A DNA stretch of 64,000 nucleotides from Chrysomallon squamiferum (GCA_012295275.1 CM022668.1:13268001-13332000), one strand, 5' to 3'; numbered from the stretch's first letter, positions 27,391-39,443 are shown. Notes: a model not told the origin generated them from the letters alone. Numbers and translations are program-made.

Positions 27391-28440
27391 GAATATGTAA
27401 TCATTTTGTCTGGATTGAACAGCTTATACTCATTCTGTTATTAGTAAAATATTAATAAGTAGTTTTGTTGTATAACTAAAGAGGGTCTCTCCAGGGAGCG
27501 AGGCCCAAAGCGGTTACCGTGTCAGGTTACTCGAAAGTATGATTTTTTTTTCCTTCATGCATTTATTATTCTTACACGTGTTGAATATAAATTAACAACT
27601 TAAAAAAGATATAATAATGTTAACGAAATTTTTAACTAATATCATACCAGAGTTTTAATGTGTGGAAACATGTGTTATTTCTTATATCTATGTAATTACT
27701 GTCGTTATTTAACACTCATAAATGTTACGTTAATATGGTCATTATAAAGTGCTGTATAATTTTTTAATTTTTTTTTTTTTTTTTTTTTTATGAAACATCA
27801 ATCTTAACACTAGAATTTTTAGCACCTTATGGGCTGCTTGTTTATGTTAATTCTAGTTGATCTGTGTTTTATACAACATTAAGGTGACTTCTTACCAACG
27901 TAAAACTGGGTTACTGTATTCTTACGCATTTAATGTTGGACGACTATGTTCTCGCGAGATCGCGAGTCGAGCGAGATTTGGAAGCCGTTTGGAATTTTAA
28001 GTCAACATCGGGTAATTAACATTATCAGCCGATGTTGAATGACTAATATGGACAATTTCGGGTGACTGATATTACTAGTGACGGGTGAATGAAAAATGTT
28101 AGTCACTGTCTTGTGAATAATATTACTATTCAATAACGAGTGACTAAATTATACTTTTAATAACTTGTTTCTATGGAGATTATGACTTGCATTAGGTGAT
28201 GATTGTTAGATTTGTAATATTAGAGAGTGTTGTTATTAGCAACTTCATTAAAGTGTTCTAGACGAAAGAGAGATAACTCTAAAGAATATTTAAACAATGA
28301 TATTACGCAAAGACCTTTTTTTTTTTGACGCGAAATTTTGTATTAATTTTATTTTCTGAATTTAGTTGTTGTAATTATAGTAAAATTACCTTAATGTGTT
28401 TGTGCATCAGCTTATATGAGATAATCCATTAATGAGGACA

Positions 28441-28497
<57 letters not shown>

Positions 28498-28591
28498 TAT
28501 TATTATATTTGTATTTATTATTATTACTACATTTATTAATATTAATATTATTATCTTAGATTATTATTATTTTATTTATTATTATTACTCC

Positions 28592-28691
<100 letters not shown>

Positions 28692-29085
28692 TATGGGTTT
28701 CAGTATACGTCTGCTGATTTTGTGATATTTTATATATACCGATATATCTACCTCAATCAACTGGTATAAAATTACGTTTTACAATATTAATTAGAAAATA
28801 TATGACTAGCTGCGTAGAAAGGCACCCAAAGGCTACATTTGAAAAATTCTTTGTCTTCATATTTACTATGAAATTATATTTTACTATGTTAATGACAGCT
28901 TCATTAGTGTTATATATGTTTATATTTATTTATTTTTATGTTTAGTGTGTAGTTGCATTTACATTTTATTATCGAGATTTCCTACCAAAATGTGTCCTTT
29001 ATTAAGGATTCTGTTTTATCGAGACCTCCTTTAGTTTAAAGCGGTCGCCATTTTGAAAAGCTCTACATTATTCATTTAGTTCTGA

Positions 29086-29122
<37 letters not shown>

Positions 29123-30024
29123 TCAATTATTAGTTAAAAATTACCTGACACAGTTTCCTTTGTTAATTATTTACTTTTTTTAGAAATTTATTTATTTAAT
29201 TTATTTATTCACATTTCCTTTCTTCTGTTAATTATTTATATATTTATTTTATTATAATCCAAAAACACAAATTACCCTCCAAAATATATACAGTACATCA
29301 CATATACACCCCACCACACACACACACATTCGTACACATATGCAAGCACTCATGCACACGTTAATGTAAAAACGAAAGTGAAAGTAGAATTATTATATTG
29401 TAGTCATGCATTTATTTTACATGGCTTTACTCATATGCAAGGCTTTCAGAATTTTATCGGTGCTATTCACGTGGTTTTAGAATATTTTACACCCGATATT
29501 TTGTGTAATAGGGAATCCGTAAAAGTATTTTGTAATTTTGTAAATAAATTTAGACTAGAAAATAAATAAAATTACAGATTTCGTGAATCCCTTTTTTTTT
29601 TTTTTTTTTTTTTTTTCGAAACGTATTTTGCTATACCCACTTAATTTATATACAATATTTGTTAATAGGAAATTATTACTTTTAATTTATTAATGTGAAT
29701 AAATATTTATAACGTATTAATATCTCGTTGTTGTTTTTAATTTTTAAATTTTGTTATTTATTTACTTTCACACGAGCACGCAAGCAATAACACACATACA
29801 CACGCGCATACACACCTACCGAAACGACAAGAATTATTTGTACTATTGTATCATTTACTACTACAACTTCTACTATTATCACCATAACTTTTGCTAATAG
29901 TAATACTACAAGCACAGCTACAACTCTACTGCTGCTACAACTACAACAACATTAACGACAACAATAATAACAGCAGAAATGATAACGATAACAATAATAG
30001 TAGTAGTAATAGTAGTAGTAGTAA

Positions 30025-30058
<34 letters not shown>

Positions 30059-30793
30059 TTTAGCGATAACAGACAAAACAACAGCAATAAACATAAATAA
30101 AATAAAATAAATAAATTAATTAATTAATAACAACATCAACAACAACAACAACAACAATAATAACTGTATTTACTAACCTTGTTATCCTGTAATCTTAATC
30201 GATCCTTAATAAACATTTCTGAAACTGGATTTTCAAAACTTTTTTTTAGTTTAAATCTGTATCAAACACATAATTTACTAGACCCTTATTTCTTTATAAC
30301 TTAATATCTCTTATTCAGTGAAGAAATAAGGAAAAAATATTTTAAAAATCACAATTAACAACTGACGTATGAATATTAATCACCAGACATATGAATATTA
30401 ATCACCAATCACACGATAATTTCAAAAATGTCATATGTCACATAATTTCGGTGATATTCTATTTAATTAGCTACCGAGTTTAATTAATACGTAATGTGGT
30501 TATTGTTAATCAACTGACGTCACAGGTCAGTGTGACATTAGATGAACTAAATTAGACAATGTTATTGGCATGTGAATGCATTTCAATGTTGGAACGAAAA
30601 ATGAAATAATTGTGTGCGTATTTGTACGTATGTTACACATGAATATAATATATTAAAATATATTTATGCTGGTTTTTGATGTGAGTAAATTTATTTATTT
30701 ATTTATTTATTTATTTATCGTAATTATTATATGCAATTCTAGATCAGAAAATAATATTTGGATATTCAGTGGTATTGAAACAATACATGTTGT

Positions 30794-30865
30794 GGCTCGT
30801 TGGTCTAGGGGTATGATTCTCGCTTTGGGTGCGAGAGGTCTCGGGTTCGAATCCCGGACGAGCCC
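30794..30865 (+). tRNA. tRNA-Pro(TGG)
   Basis: Identical 72-nt TGG sequence; T-run downstream. Confidence 0.96.
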
Positions 30866-31875
30866 TTACATTTTTGTTTATTATTCATATTATTATTTGA
30901 CTTAAATTTAATTCACAGAGTAATAAAAATAAAACATTTACGCTACGTTATAAAATATATTTTATTTTTAATTAGTTTTATATTTCGAATTTATTTAAAA
31001 TAAGATGAAGAATAGATCAAATAACGAAAATATTTTATATAAAACAGAATATAACCTAATTTTTCTTATTCTGATTATGGTTTTGTCTATAAATGTAAAT
31101 GGACTATTTGATTTAAATTCAGTTTTTATTAAAAGTATACATTTTTATTTTTCTTTTTTTTGGGAAATTTTTTTTGAGAGATATAAGCTTTCATTTCCAA
31201 AATTACAGACAACAACAACAACAACAACAACAAAACAACAACAACAACAACAACAATAATAATAATAATAATAATATTAATAATAATAATTTTTTCTAAA
31301 CTTCAAGCTTCAGTCTGTAAGGGAGATAAATCCACATTGTATCAAGATGTAAAGAGTTATGTACCTTTCTTTGCTAAATCTATTCGGCGGACTGTATCAA
31401 TTAATATATCTCGTAAATACTATTTTTCTAGAGACAGCTCAGTCTTTAGGATCATAAAAGAACCTTCGGTGAATTTAAAACTATTTCAGATGGCTGACAG
31501 ATAAATCAGTATGTATAATTTTCTACTTTAACATTTTAGATATTTTCAAAACAGAACAATACACTATTTCATCAATGAAAAATATTTTATTTATATTTAC
31601 TAGTATACATAAATGATTTATTTATCTTAAATTTAAATACTTGTAAATTTTATATATATATATATAAATTGTTTTAGTTTAGGTTTAAGATAACAAAAGT
31701 ATGAAAGAAACAAATAATTTTCACAAATACTAATTAAGTAAATCTTACCTGAACATAATTTCTACGTAGTTATCTATCTTTGTAGAACCGGCATTTATTA
31801 CACTGTATATAATTTAATTATATTTCAATTTCTGGCTATTATGGGAAATACAGTATAAAATTATATTTTTAATGT

Positions 31876-31947
31876 GGCTCGTTGGTCTAGGGGTATGATT
31901 CTCGCTTTGGGTGCGAGAGGTCTCGGGTTCGAATCCCGGACGAGCCC
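31876..31947 (+). tRNA. tRNA-Pro(TGG)
   Basis: Identical 72-nt TGG sequence; TTTT downstream. Confidence 0.96.
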
Positions 31948-32002
31948 GTAACTTTTCGTTTTAATAATAATTATTATTTTTTTTCCTATTATCATTTGAC
32001 TT

Positions 32003-32087
<85 letters not shown>

Positions 32088-32358
32088 ATAACATACAACA
32101 ACAACAACAACAACAACAATAATAATAATAATGATATGAGTAATTAGTAAACTTTACAAGAACATCATTTAAAATTAATCTGTGTTTATGTAACCTAAAC
32201 CGAGAGATGCCGAATGAATGAAACGTCAGACGTTTACAAAACATCGCCATTGTCAGCACATTCAAAACAGATTATTACTTCTTTTTATGTTAGCAAAACA
32301 ATTTCAAAGTTGTGTTTGGCTCGTTTGGAAATATTACGTTACTGATGACATTGCATGA

Positions 32359-32400
32359 GGCTCGGTGGTCTAGTGGTATGATCCCGGTTTCGAATCCAGA
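32359..32400 (+). pseudogene. tRNA-Pro pseudogene lacking the anticodon arm
   Basis: GGCTCGGTGGTCTAGTGGTATGA joined directly to TCCCGGTTTCGAATCCAGA; the anticodon stem-loop is missing and the 3' acceptor strand is degenerate. Confidence 0.85.
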
Positions 32401-32437
32401 TTGGGGGATTTTAAATTATTTTTGCTACTAATGTTAT

Positions 32438-32475
<38 letters not shown>

Positions 32476-32671
32476 TTCCTCTATTTTATTTTTATTTTTT
32501 CATTTATTTTATTTCTATATTTTTTTTAATTATCTTTTTATTATTTATTTTACTTTTTTGTGACGAGTGGTTGCCGACGTAATTACGTAAATATGGCAAT
32601 TTTGACATTATTTGATTAAGAAAATTATCTTGTTATTAATTTTAAGTGATACAATAGAATTCCACACAACT

Positions 32672-32743
32672 GGCTCGTTGGTCTAGGGGTATGATTCTCG
32701 CTTAGGGTGCGAGAGGTCCCGGGTTCGAATCCCGGACGAGCCC
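32672..32743 (+). tRNA. tRNA-Pro(AGG)
   Basis: 72 nt, CTCGC-TTAGGGT-GCGAG anticodon arm, canonical CCGGG/CCCGG T-stem. Confidence 0.96.
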
Positions 32744-33739
32744 TTAATTATTATTATTTAACCTTTTGTGTGACTTGTTTGAGCAACCTAATCTTACAGT
32801 AGCTGAATAAAAATATAATATCTGATAAAATTTAAATAAATAAAAATACATTTACTAGTATGTTGTAGCTTGTTTACTAATTTTAATTTATTATTATTAT
32901 TATTATTATTGTTTTCATATTATCATTTAGTTTATGTCTAAATTTGATTTTTTATATCAATGAAAAATATTTTATTTATATTTACTAGTATACAAAATAA
33001 CCTTATTTTTTCTTAAATTTAAATACTTGCAAATAATACATATAAACTCGTTTAGTTTAGGTTTAAGATAAGAAATGTATGACTTTTTTTTTTTTTTTAC
33101 AAATTATATCTCCTTTAGATTTCATGTTTACAATTATTATTGATTAAAATAATTAAATAAATCTCACCTGACTTTAATTTCGACATAATCATCTGTCTTT
33201 GTTTAACTTAATCCGAAAGACGCCGAGTGAACGATATTAAAGAGAGAAACCAAACGTTTTCAAAGCGTCGCCTTTGTCCTTACGTAATAATCATTATTAT
33301 GACGTCAGTTCATTATGTCAAAAATGTAGTGTTTATTAGACAGAAGTACTGTACACTATGTTTGAGCATTACTGTAAGTAAATTTTTCGATTTTAATTTT
33401 CCTCTTTATTTATTTATTTATTTATTTAGTCAGTATGATAACAAAACAAACATTTTTCAGTTTTATTGAAATGTGTATAATTGATTTATATTTAAATGTC
33501 TTGCTATTTTGGGTAAATACAGTTTTAAATTACATATTCTTACCTGAATATATTTTCTACATAATTTACTGTTTTTTGTAATCGTAATGATAATTTTGTT
33601 AATATAAACATATTGAACCATTTATCTGGCAGTTCGTCTGGTTTTCAGGATTTGCCAGATTTCTGGATACAAGCTAAATTTATACTTAAAACATAAAATA
33701 AATAATCTTAAATACTGCAACACTGTCGATAGTTTTTGT

Positions 33740-33811
33740 GGCTCGTTGGTCTAGGGGTATGATTCTCGCTTTGGGTGCGAGAGGTCTCGGGTTCGAATCC
33801 CGGACGAGCCC
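33740..33811 (+). tRNA. tRNA-Pro(TGG)
   Basis: Identical 72-nt TGG sequence; T-run downstream. Confidence 0.96.
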
Positions 33812-34294
33812 TTGTCTTTTTGTTGTAGTTCTTGTTATTGTTGTTATTATTATTATTAGATACATATTTCAAGTCCCCAGTTACTGAGAATAATAATTAA
33901 ATTAGAAAATAAATACATTTTATCTGAATTTAATTCTACACAGTTATCTGTATAATTTAATTCGAGTAAGTGAAATTAAAGAGAAACCAAACGTTTTCTA
34001 CTTTGTCCTTACGTAATAATCATTATTATGACGTCATTTCATTATGACAAAAGTAATATAGTGTTTATTAGATAGAAGTACTGTTCTCCGTATAAATGTA
34101 TAACTGTGAGTAAACTTTTTGGTTTTCTCTTTTCTTTTTTTCTTTCTTTCTTTCTTTGTTTCTTTATTTGTTTAGTCACAATGATTATGAAACAAACAAT
34201 TTACTGCCGGTATTTAACAAAATATGTATAATAAATTTATATTTAAATTTCTGGCTATTTAGGGAAATACAGTATGAAATGGTAATTTTAATGT

Positions 34295-34366
34295 GGCTCG
34301 TTGGTCTAGGGGTATGATTCTCGCTTTGGGTGCGAGAGGTCTCGGGTTCGAATCCCGGACGAGCCC
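34295..34366 (+). tRNA. tRNA-Pro(TGG)
   Basis: Identical 72-nt TGG sequence. Confidence 0.96.
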
Positions 34367-34544
34367 AAATAATATTTTAATACTATTTTTTTTTCTGTTT
34401 ATTATTTCTGAAATCTTTTGCCAAAAGTACATCGATAATATTATAGTATATATTTAAATAACAACCAGTCAGTTTATATATCAAATAAATGAAAAAAAAA
34501 AAAATAAAATAAAAAAAAATAAATAAATAAATAAATAAGACTTG

Positions 34545-34751
34545 AAGAAACTTGTCTGAACAGTCAGTAAGGTAGTTAACATAATTCATCATATAAGAAA
34601 TTCCATGGTGACGAATGTTAAATTCAGAGGTGTTGGATGTCATTCTAACTGTCATGATTTGTGTAGTCGTATTCCTCGGGAACTTTGTCCTAAGTAAGAG
34701 ACTTGCCTGTGTCCGAATGTCCGACCAGCAAGAAATCCTTCTTGAATGTTT
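34545..34751 (-). pseudogene. Possible decayed Ras-superfamily/P-loop NTPase exon fragment (further copies ~35252-35460 and ~36590-36797)
   Basis: Minus strand tttacag| then TFKKDFLLVGHSDTGKS (Walker A after a hydrophobic strand), then a frameshift; downstream similarity is weak. Confidence 0.35.
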
Positions 34752-34838
34752 CTGTAAACACGTACAGTATGGAATCTGTTTCTTGATAGTTTATTACCTT
34801 TTCAGTCGATTTGTGAACAGCTAGAATTACATACAACT

Positions 34839-34910
34839 GGCTCGTTGGTCTAGGGGTATGATTCTCGCTTAGGGTGCGAGAGGTCCCGGGTTCGAATCCC
34901 GGACGAGCCC
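34839..34910 (+). tRNA. tRNA-Pro(AGG)
   Basis: Identical 72-nt AGG sequence. Confidence 0.96.
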
Positions 34911-34994
34911 CATTAACAAAAACAAATATTTTTTATTATTAATAATAATACTAGCTATTTGGTGAAATACAATATAAAATTGTATTTCTAACGT

Positions 34995-35066
34995 GGCTCG
35001 TTGGTCTAGGGGTATGATTCTCGCTTTGGGTGCGAGAGGTCTCGGGTTCGAATCCCGGACGAGCCC
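34995..35066 (+). tRNA. tRNA-Pro(TGG)
   Basis: Identical 72-nt TGG sequence, 84 nt after the AGG copy. Confidence 0.96.
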
Positions 35067-35547
35067 AAATAACATTTTAATACTATTCTTTTTTATTTAT
35101 TATTTCTGAGATATTTTGCTAAATGGAGATTAGTATATGTAATATTACTTGTAACAAGTATACAGATAATATTATAGTATATAAACATATATATGGATAA
35201 ATAATAATCAGTCAGTTTATATATAAAATAAATAAATAAGACCATAAGACTTGGAAAAACTTGTCTGAACAGTCAGTAAGTTAGTTAACATAATTCATCA
35301 TATAAGAAATTCCATGGTGACGAATGTTAAAGTCAGAGGTGCTGGATGTCATTCCAACTGTCATGATTTTTGTAGTCGTATTCCTCAGGAACTTTGTCCT
35401 AATTAAGAGACTTGCCTGTGTCCGAATGTCCGACCAGCAAGAAATCCTTCTTGAATGTTTTTGTAAACACGTACAGTATGGAATCTGTTTCTTGATAGTT
35501 TATTACCTTTTCAGTCGATTTGTGAACAGCTAGAATTACATACAACT

Positions 35548-35619
35548 GGCTCGTTGGTCTAGGGGTATGATTCTCGCTTAGGGTGCGAGAGGTCCCGGGT
35601 TCGAATCCCGGACGAGCCC
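35548..35619 (+). tRNA. tRNA-Pro(AGG)
   Basis: Identical 72-nt AGG sequence. Confidence 0.96.
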
Positions 35620-35703
35620 GATTAACAAAAACAAATATTTTTTATTATTAATAATAATACTAGCTATTTTGTGAAATACAATATAAAATTGTATTTCTAA
35701 CGT

Positions 35704-35775
35704 GGCTCGTTGGTCTAGGGGTATGATTCTCGCTTTGGGTGCGAGAGGTCTCGGGTTCGAATCCCGGACGAGCCC
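35704..35775 (+). tRNA. tRNA-Pro(TGG)
   Basis: Identical 72-nt TGG sequence, 84 nt after the AGG copy. Confidence 0.96.
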
Positions 35776-36327
35776 AATCTGTCTTTTTGTTGTAGTTCTT
35801 GTTATTGTTATTATTATTATTATTATGTACATATTTCAAGTCCCCAGTTACTAAGAATAATAATTAAATTAGTAAATAAATAAATTTTATCTGAATTTAA
35901 TTTCTACAGTTATCTGTTGTTGTATAATTTAATTCGAAAGACGCCGAGTGAATGAAATTAAAGAGAGAAACCAAACGTTTTCTACTTTGTCCTTACGTAA
36001 TAATCATTATTATGACGTCATTTCATTATGACAAAAGTAATGTAGTGTTTATTAGATAGAAGTACTGTTCTCTGTATAAGTGTATAACTGTAAGTAAATT
36101 TTTTGGTTTTCTTTTTTTCTTTTTTTCTTTCTTTCTTTCTTTCTTTCATTTTTTTTTTTTTTCTTTCTTTCTTTCTTTCTGTCTTTCTTTCATTCTGTCT
36201 TTATCTAGTCACAATGATTATGAAACAAACAATTTTCAGCCGATAATAAATACAATGTGTATAATAAATTTAAATTTAAATTTCTGGCTATTTTCGGAAA
36301 TACAGTATGAAATGGTAATTTTAACGT

Positions 36328-36399
36328 GGCTCGTTGGTCTAGGGGTATGATTCTCGCTTTGGGTGCGAGAGGTCTCGGGTTCGAATCCCGGACGAGCCC
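36328..36399 (+). tRNA. tRNA-Pro(TGG)
   Basis: Identical 72-nt TGG sequence. Confidence 0.96.
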
Positions 36400-36884
36400 T
36401 TGTCTTATTTTAATACTATTTTTTTCTATTTATTATTTCTGAGATTTTTTGCTAAATGAATATTAGTATATGAAATATTACTTGTAACAAGTATACAGAT
36501 AATATTATAGTATATAAACATATATATAGATAAATAATAATCAGTCAGTTTATATATAAAATAAATAAATAAATAAATAAAGAAGACTTGAAAAAACTTG
36601 TCTGAACAGTCAGTAAGTTAGTTAACATAATTCATCATATAAGAAATTCCATGGTGACGAATGTTAAATTGAGAGGTGTTGGATGTCATTCTAACTGTCA
36701 TGATTTTTGTAGTCGTATTCCTCAGGAACTTTGTCCTAATTAAGAGACTTGCCTGTGTCCGAATGTCCGACCAGCAAGAAATCCTTCTTGAATGTTTCTG
36801 TAAACAGGTACAGTATAGAGTCTGTTTCTTGATAGTTTATTACCTTTTCAGTCGATTTGTGAACAGCTAGAATTACACACAGCT

Positions 36885-36956
36885 GGCTCGTTGGTCTAGG
36901 GGTATGATTCTCGCTTAGGGTGCGAGAGGTCCCGGGTTCGAATCCCGGACGAGCCC
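36885..36956 (+). tRNA. tRNA-Pro(AGG)
   Basis: Identical 72-nt AGG sequence. Confidence 0.96.
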
Positions 36957-37134
36957 GACAGTGGAAAAATATTTTAAATGATTATTATTACTGTTAATTC
37001 AATTTTGTTTTCCTTTGTTTTGTTTCATTAATTTATTTAATTGGTTGATTTCTTAGATAACTACTGTAAACTGACACATATCAAACTATGAATATAATGA
37101 AAAACATTTGGTGATTGAAACGTATAGCTTTAGT

Positions 37135-38448
37135 TACAGTCGCCAATAAGCAGGTAACACAAAATAAAGGCTGTGATCATGTTTATTAGCCAAAACGTCC
37201 CCGCATGCAAACCACGTTACCAGTGCATGTGCACGTGCGGCATATGAAACCTTGAATACGAGGGTTACAAAAATGCAAAGTTTTCGAATAATTCTGATCC
37301 AACATCAAACAAATGCCACGACTGAGTGAACAGCAACGAAACAACGCCATCGGCCGTCTACAAGCTGGTGAATCCTTCTCGGCCGTAGCCCGGGTGTTCC
37401 ATGTATCCCCAAACACCATCTTGAGATTGTGATATCAGTTCCGGCAAAACCAAACAACACGTGACCGTCCCAGATACATACGTGTACTTCATCTACGGGA
37501 AAGAACTACCACGGCAACCTCTACTGTTTGAGCAATGCCAGGTCTGCGTAGAATATTGGCTCAGACAGTGCGCAGTCGTTTACGCGATGCAGGTATTCGA
37601 GCCAGACGGCCTGTAAGAAGAGTGGTTTTGACTCAACAACATCGTCGACTACGACGTCAGTGGTGTCAAGTGCACAGAGTCTGGCTTCAATTACGATGGA
37701 GAAGTGTCTGGTTTAGTGACGAGGCTCGATTTCTGCTTCGTCGAGCTGATGGAAGATGTCGAGTTTACAGACGTCGTGGTGAACGTTCTGCTGAAAACTG
37801 CATACAGGAAGCGGACAAATTTGGTGGTGGTAGTGTGATGGTGTGGGCAGCAATCTCATACACTGGCAGGACCAACCTGGTTTACATCCAAGGCAAATTA
37901 ACGGCACAGAAATACCGAGATAAAATTTTGCAGCCACATGTCGCTTCAATTATGAATAATGGCAATGATGTGTTCCAGCACGACAATGCGAGACCACATA
38001 CAGCCAGACTTCAACAACGTCCTACAGCTGATGGAAGCTCCTGCCTTGGCCCTCTAAATCTCATGATTTGAACCCTATAGAACATTTATGGGACGAGTTG
38101 GATAGACGACTAAGGCAGCATCAACCACAGCCACAGAATCGTCCTCAGTTGGCATTATTACTACAGACAGAGTGGGCCACCATCCCACAAGGTGTAATTC
38201 GTAATGTCATTACTGCCATGGGAAGGAGATGTCAGGCAGTTCTGGACTCCCATGGTGGGCACACAAGGTATTGATATTATACTGTTATAACCTTGAACTT
38301 TAACCTTTTCAATATAATACCATCAATATTAATGAATTGCGAAAGTGTGTGTAAAATGTGAACATTTCTGCTACTTTCTGTTGATCCATTAGATAGATAC
38401 TCCCAATGTCAATAAAATCTACTTTTGTGTTTCAATTTTGTTAGAGTA
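37135..38448 (+). mobile_element. Tc1/mariner DNA transposon, inactive; ends approximate
   Basis: Contains a Tc1-type transposase pseudogene; starts TA|CAGTC. The ends share only degenerate inverted similarity (AACACAAAA at left, TTTTGTGTT at right). Confidence 0.85.
37313..38274 (+). pseudogene. Tc1-family DDE transposase pseudogene
   Basis: MPRLSEQQRNNAIGRLQAG paired-like HTH, WFSDE, GGGSVMVWAAI, FQHDNARPH, WPSKSHDLNPIEHLW, GGHTRY*. In-frame TGA at 37430 and 37529, a deletion between DRPR and YIR, and a frameshifting deletion between the second D and the E. Confidence 0.95.
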
Positions 38449-38695
38449 CGTTATTGAAGTTAACTGTATCTGCGGTATGAAACACATATATGAAACATTT
38501 ATATATATATATATAAAAAATATTAATATTAATCATATTTTCAACTATTCAGACCGGTATAAATAAAAATGTACAAAAATTGTTACGGTTACATGATTAT
38601 GACGTCATTTAACATGAACGAAATTATTATTTGTAATTATCTACAATTCTGTCTAATTGGTTTTCAAATAGTCGAGAACAGACTGCAATATGTGT

Positions 38696-38767
38696 GGCTC
38701 GTTGGTCTAGGGGTATGATTCTCGCTTTGGGTGCGAGAGGTCTCGGGTTCGAATCCCGGACGAGCCC
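38696..38767 (+). tRNA. tRNA-Pro(TGG)
   Basis: Identical 72-nt TGG sequence. Confidence 0.96.
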
Positions 38768-39371
38768 ATGTCTTTTTGTTGTTGTTGTTGTTGTTATTGT
38801 TATTATTATTATTATTAATATTATTATATACATATTTCAAGTCACCAGTTACTAAGAATAATAATTAAATTAGTAAATAAATAAATTTTATCTGAATTTA
38901 ATTTCTAGTTATCTGTTGTTGTATAATTTAATTCGAAAGACGCCAAGTGAATGAAATTAAAGAGAGAAACCAAACGTTTTCTACTTTGTCCTTACGTAAT
39001 AATCATTATTATGACGTCATTTCATTATGACAAAAGTATTGTAGTGTTTATTAGATTGAAGTACTGTTCTCTCTATAATTGTATAACTGTAAATAAATTA
39101 ACGGTATAAATAAAACTATACAAAAATTGTTACGGTTACACGATTATGACGTCATTTAACGTGAACGAAATTATTATTTGTAACTATTTACAATTCTGTC
39201 TAATTGGTTTTCAAATAGTCGATAACAGACTGTAATACGTGTCTTTATTTAGTCACAATGATTATGAAACAAACAATTTTCTGCCTGTATTTAACACAAT
39301 ATGTATAATAAATTTATATTTAAATTTCTGGCTATTTTGGGAAATACAGCATGAAATGGTAATTTTAATGT

Positions 39372-39443
39372 GGCTCGTTGGTCTAGGGGTATGATTCTCG
39401 CTTTGGGTGCGAGAGGTCTCGGGTTCGAATCCCGGACGAGCCC
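39372..39443 (+). tRNA. tRNA-Pro(TGG)
   Basis: Identical 72-nt TGG sequence. Confidence 0.96.

Larger units (their letters stand above)
33740..36956 (+). repeat. Tandemly duplicated tRNA-plus-spacer modules
   Basis: Spacer X 33812-34294 ~ 35776-36327 (also 38768-39371); spacer Y 34367-34838 ~ 35067-35547 ~ 36400-36884; 84-nt spacer Z 34911-34994 ~ 35620-35703. Confidence 0.93.

Noticed and set aside
34615-36870. Three plus-strand 64-69 aa hydrophobic ORFs (..EVLDVI..) as small membrane proteins
   Set aside because: They recur only because the spacer is duplicated; the third copy has a stop after the shared ATG; no promoter or splice support.
31861-38833. Minus-strand ORFs containing [24 protein letters not shown]
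   Set aside because: Antisense translation of the tRNA-Pro genes.
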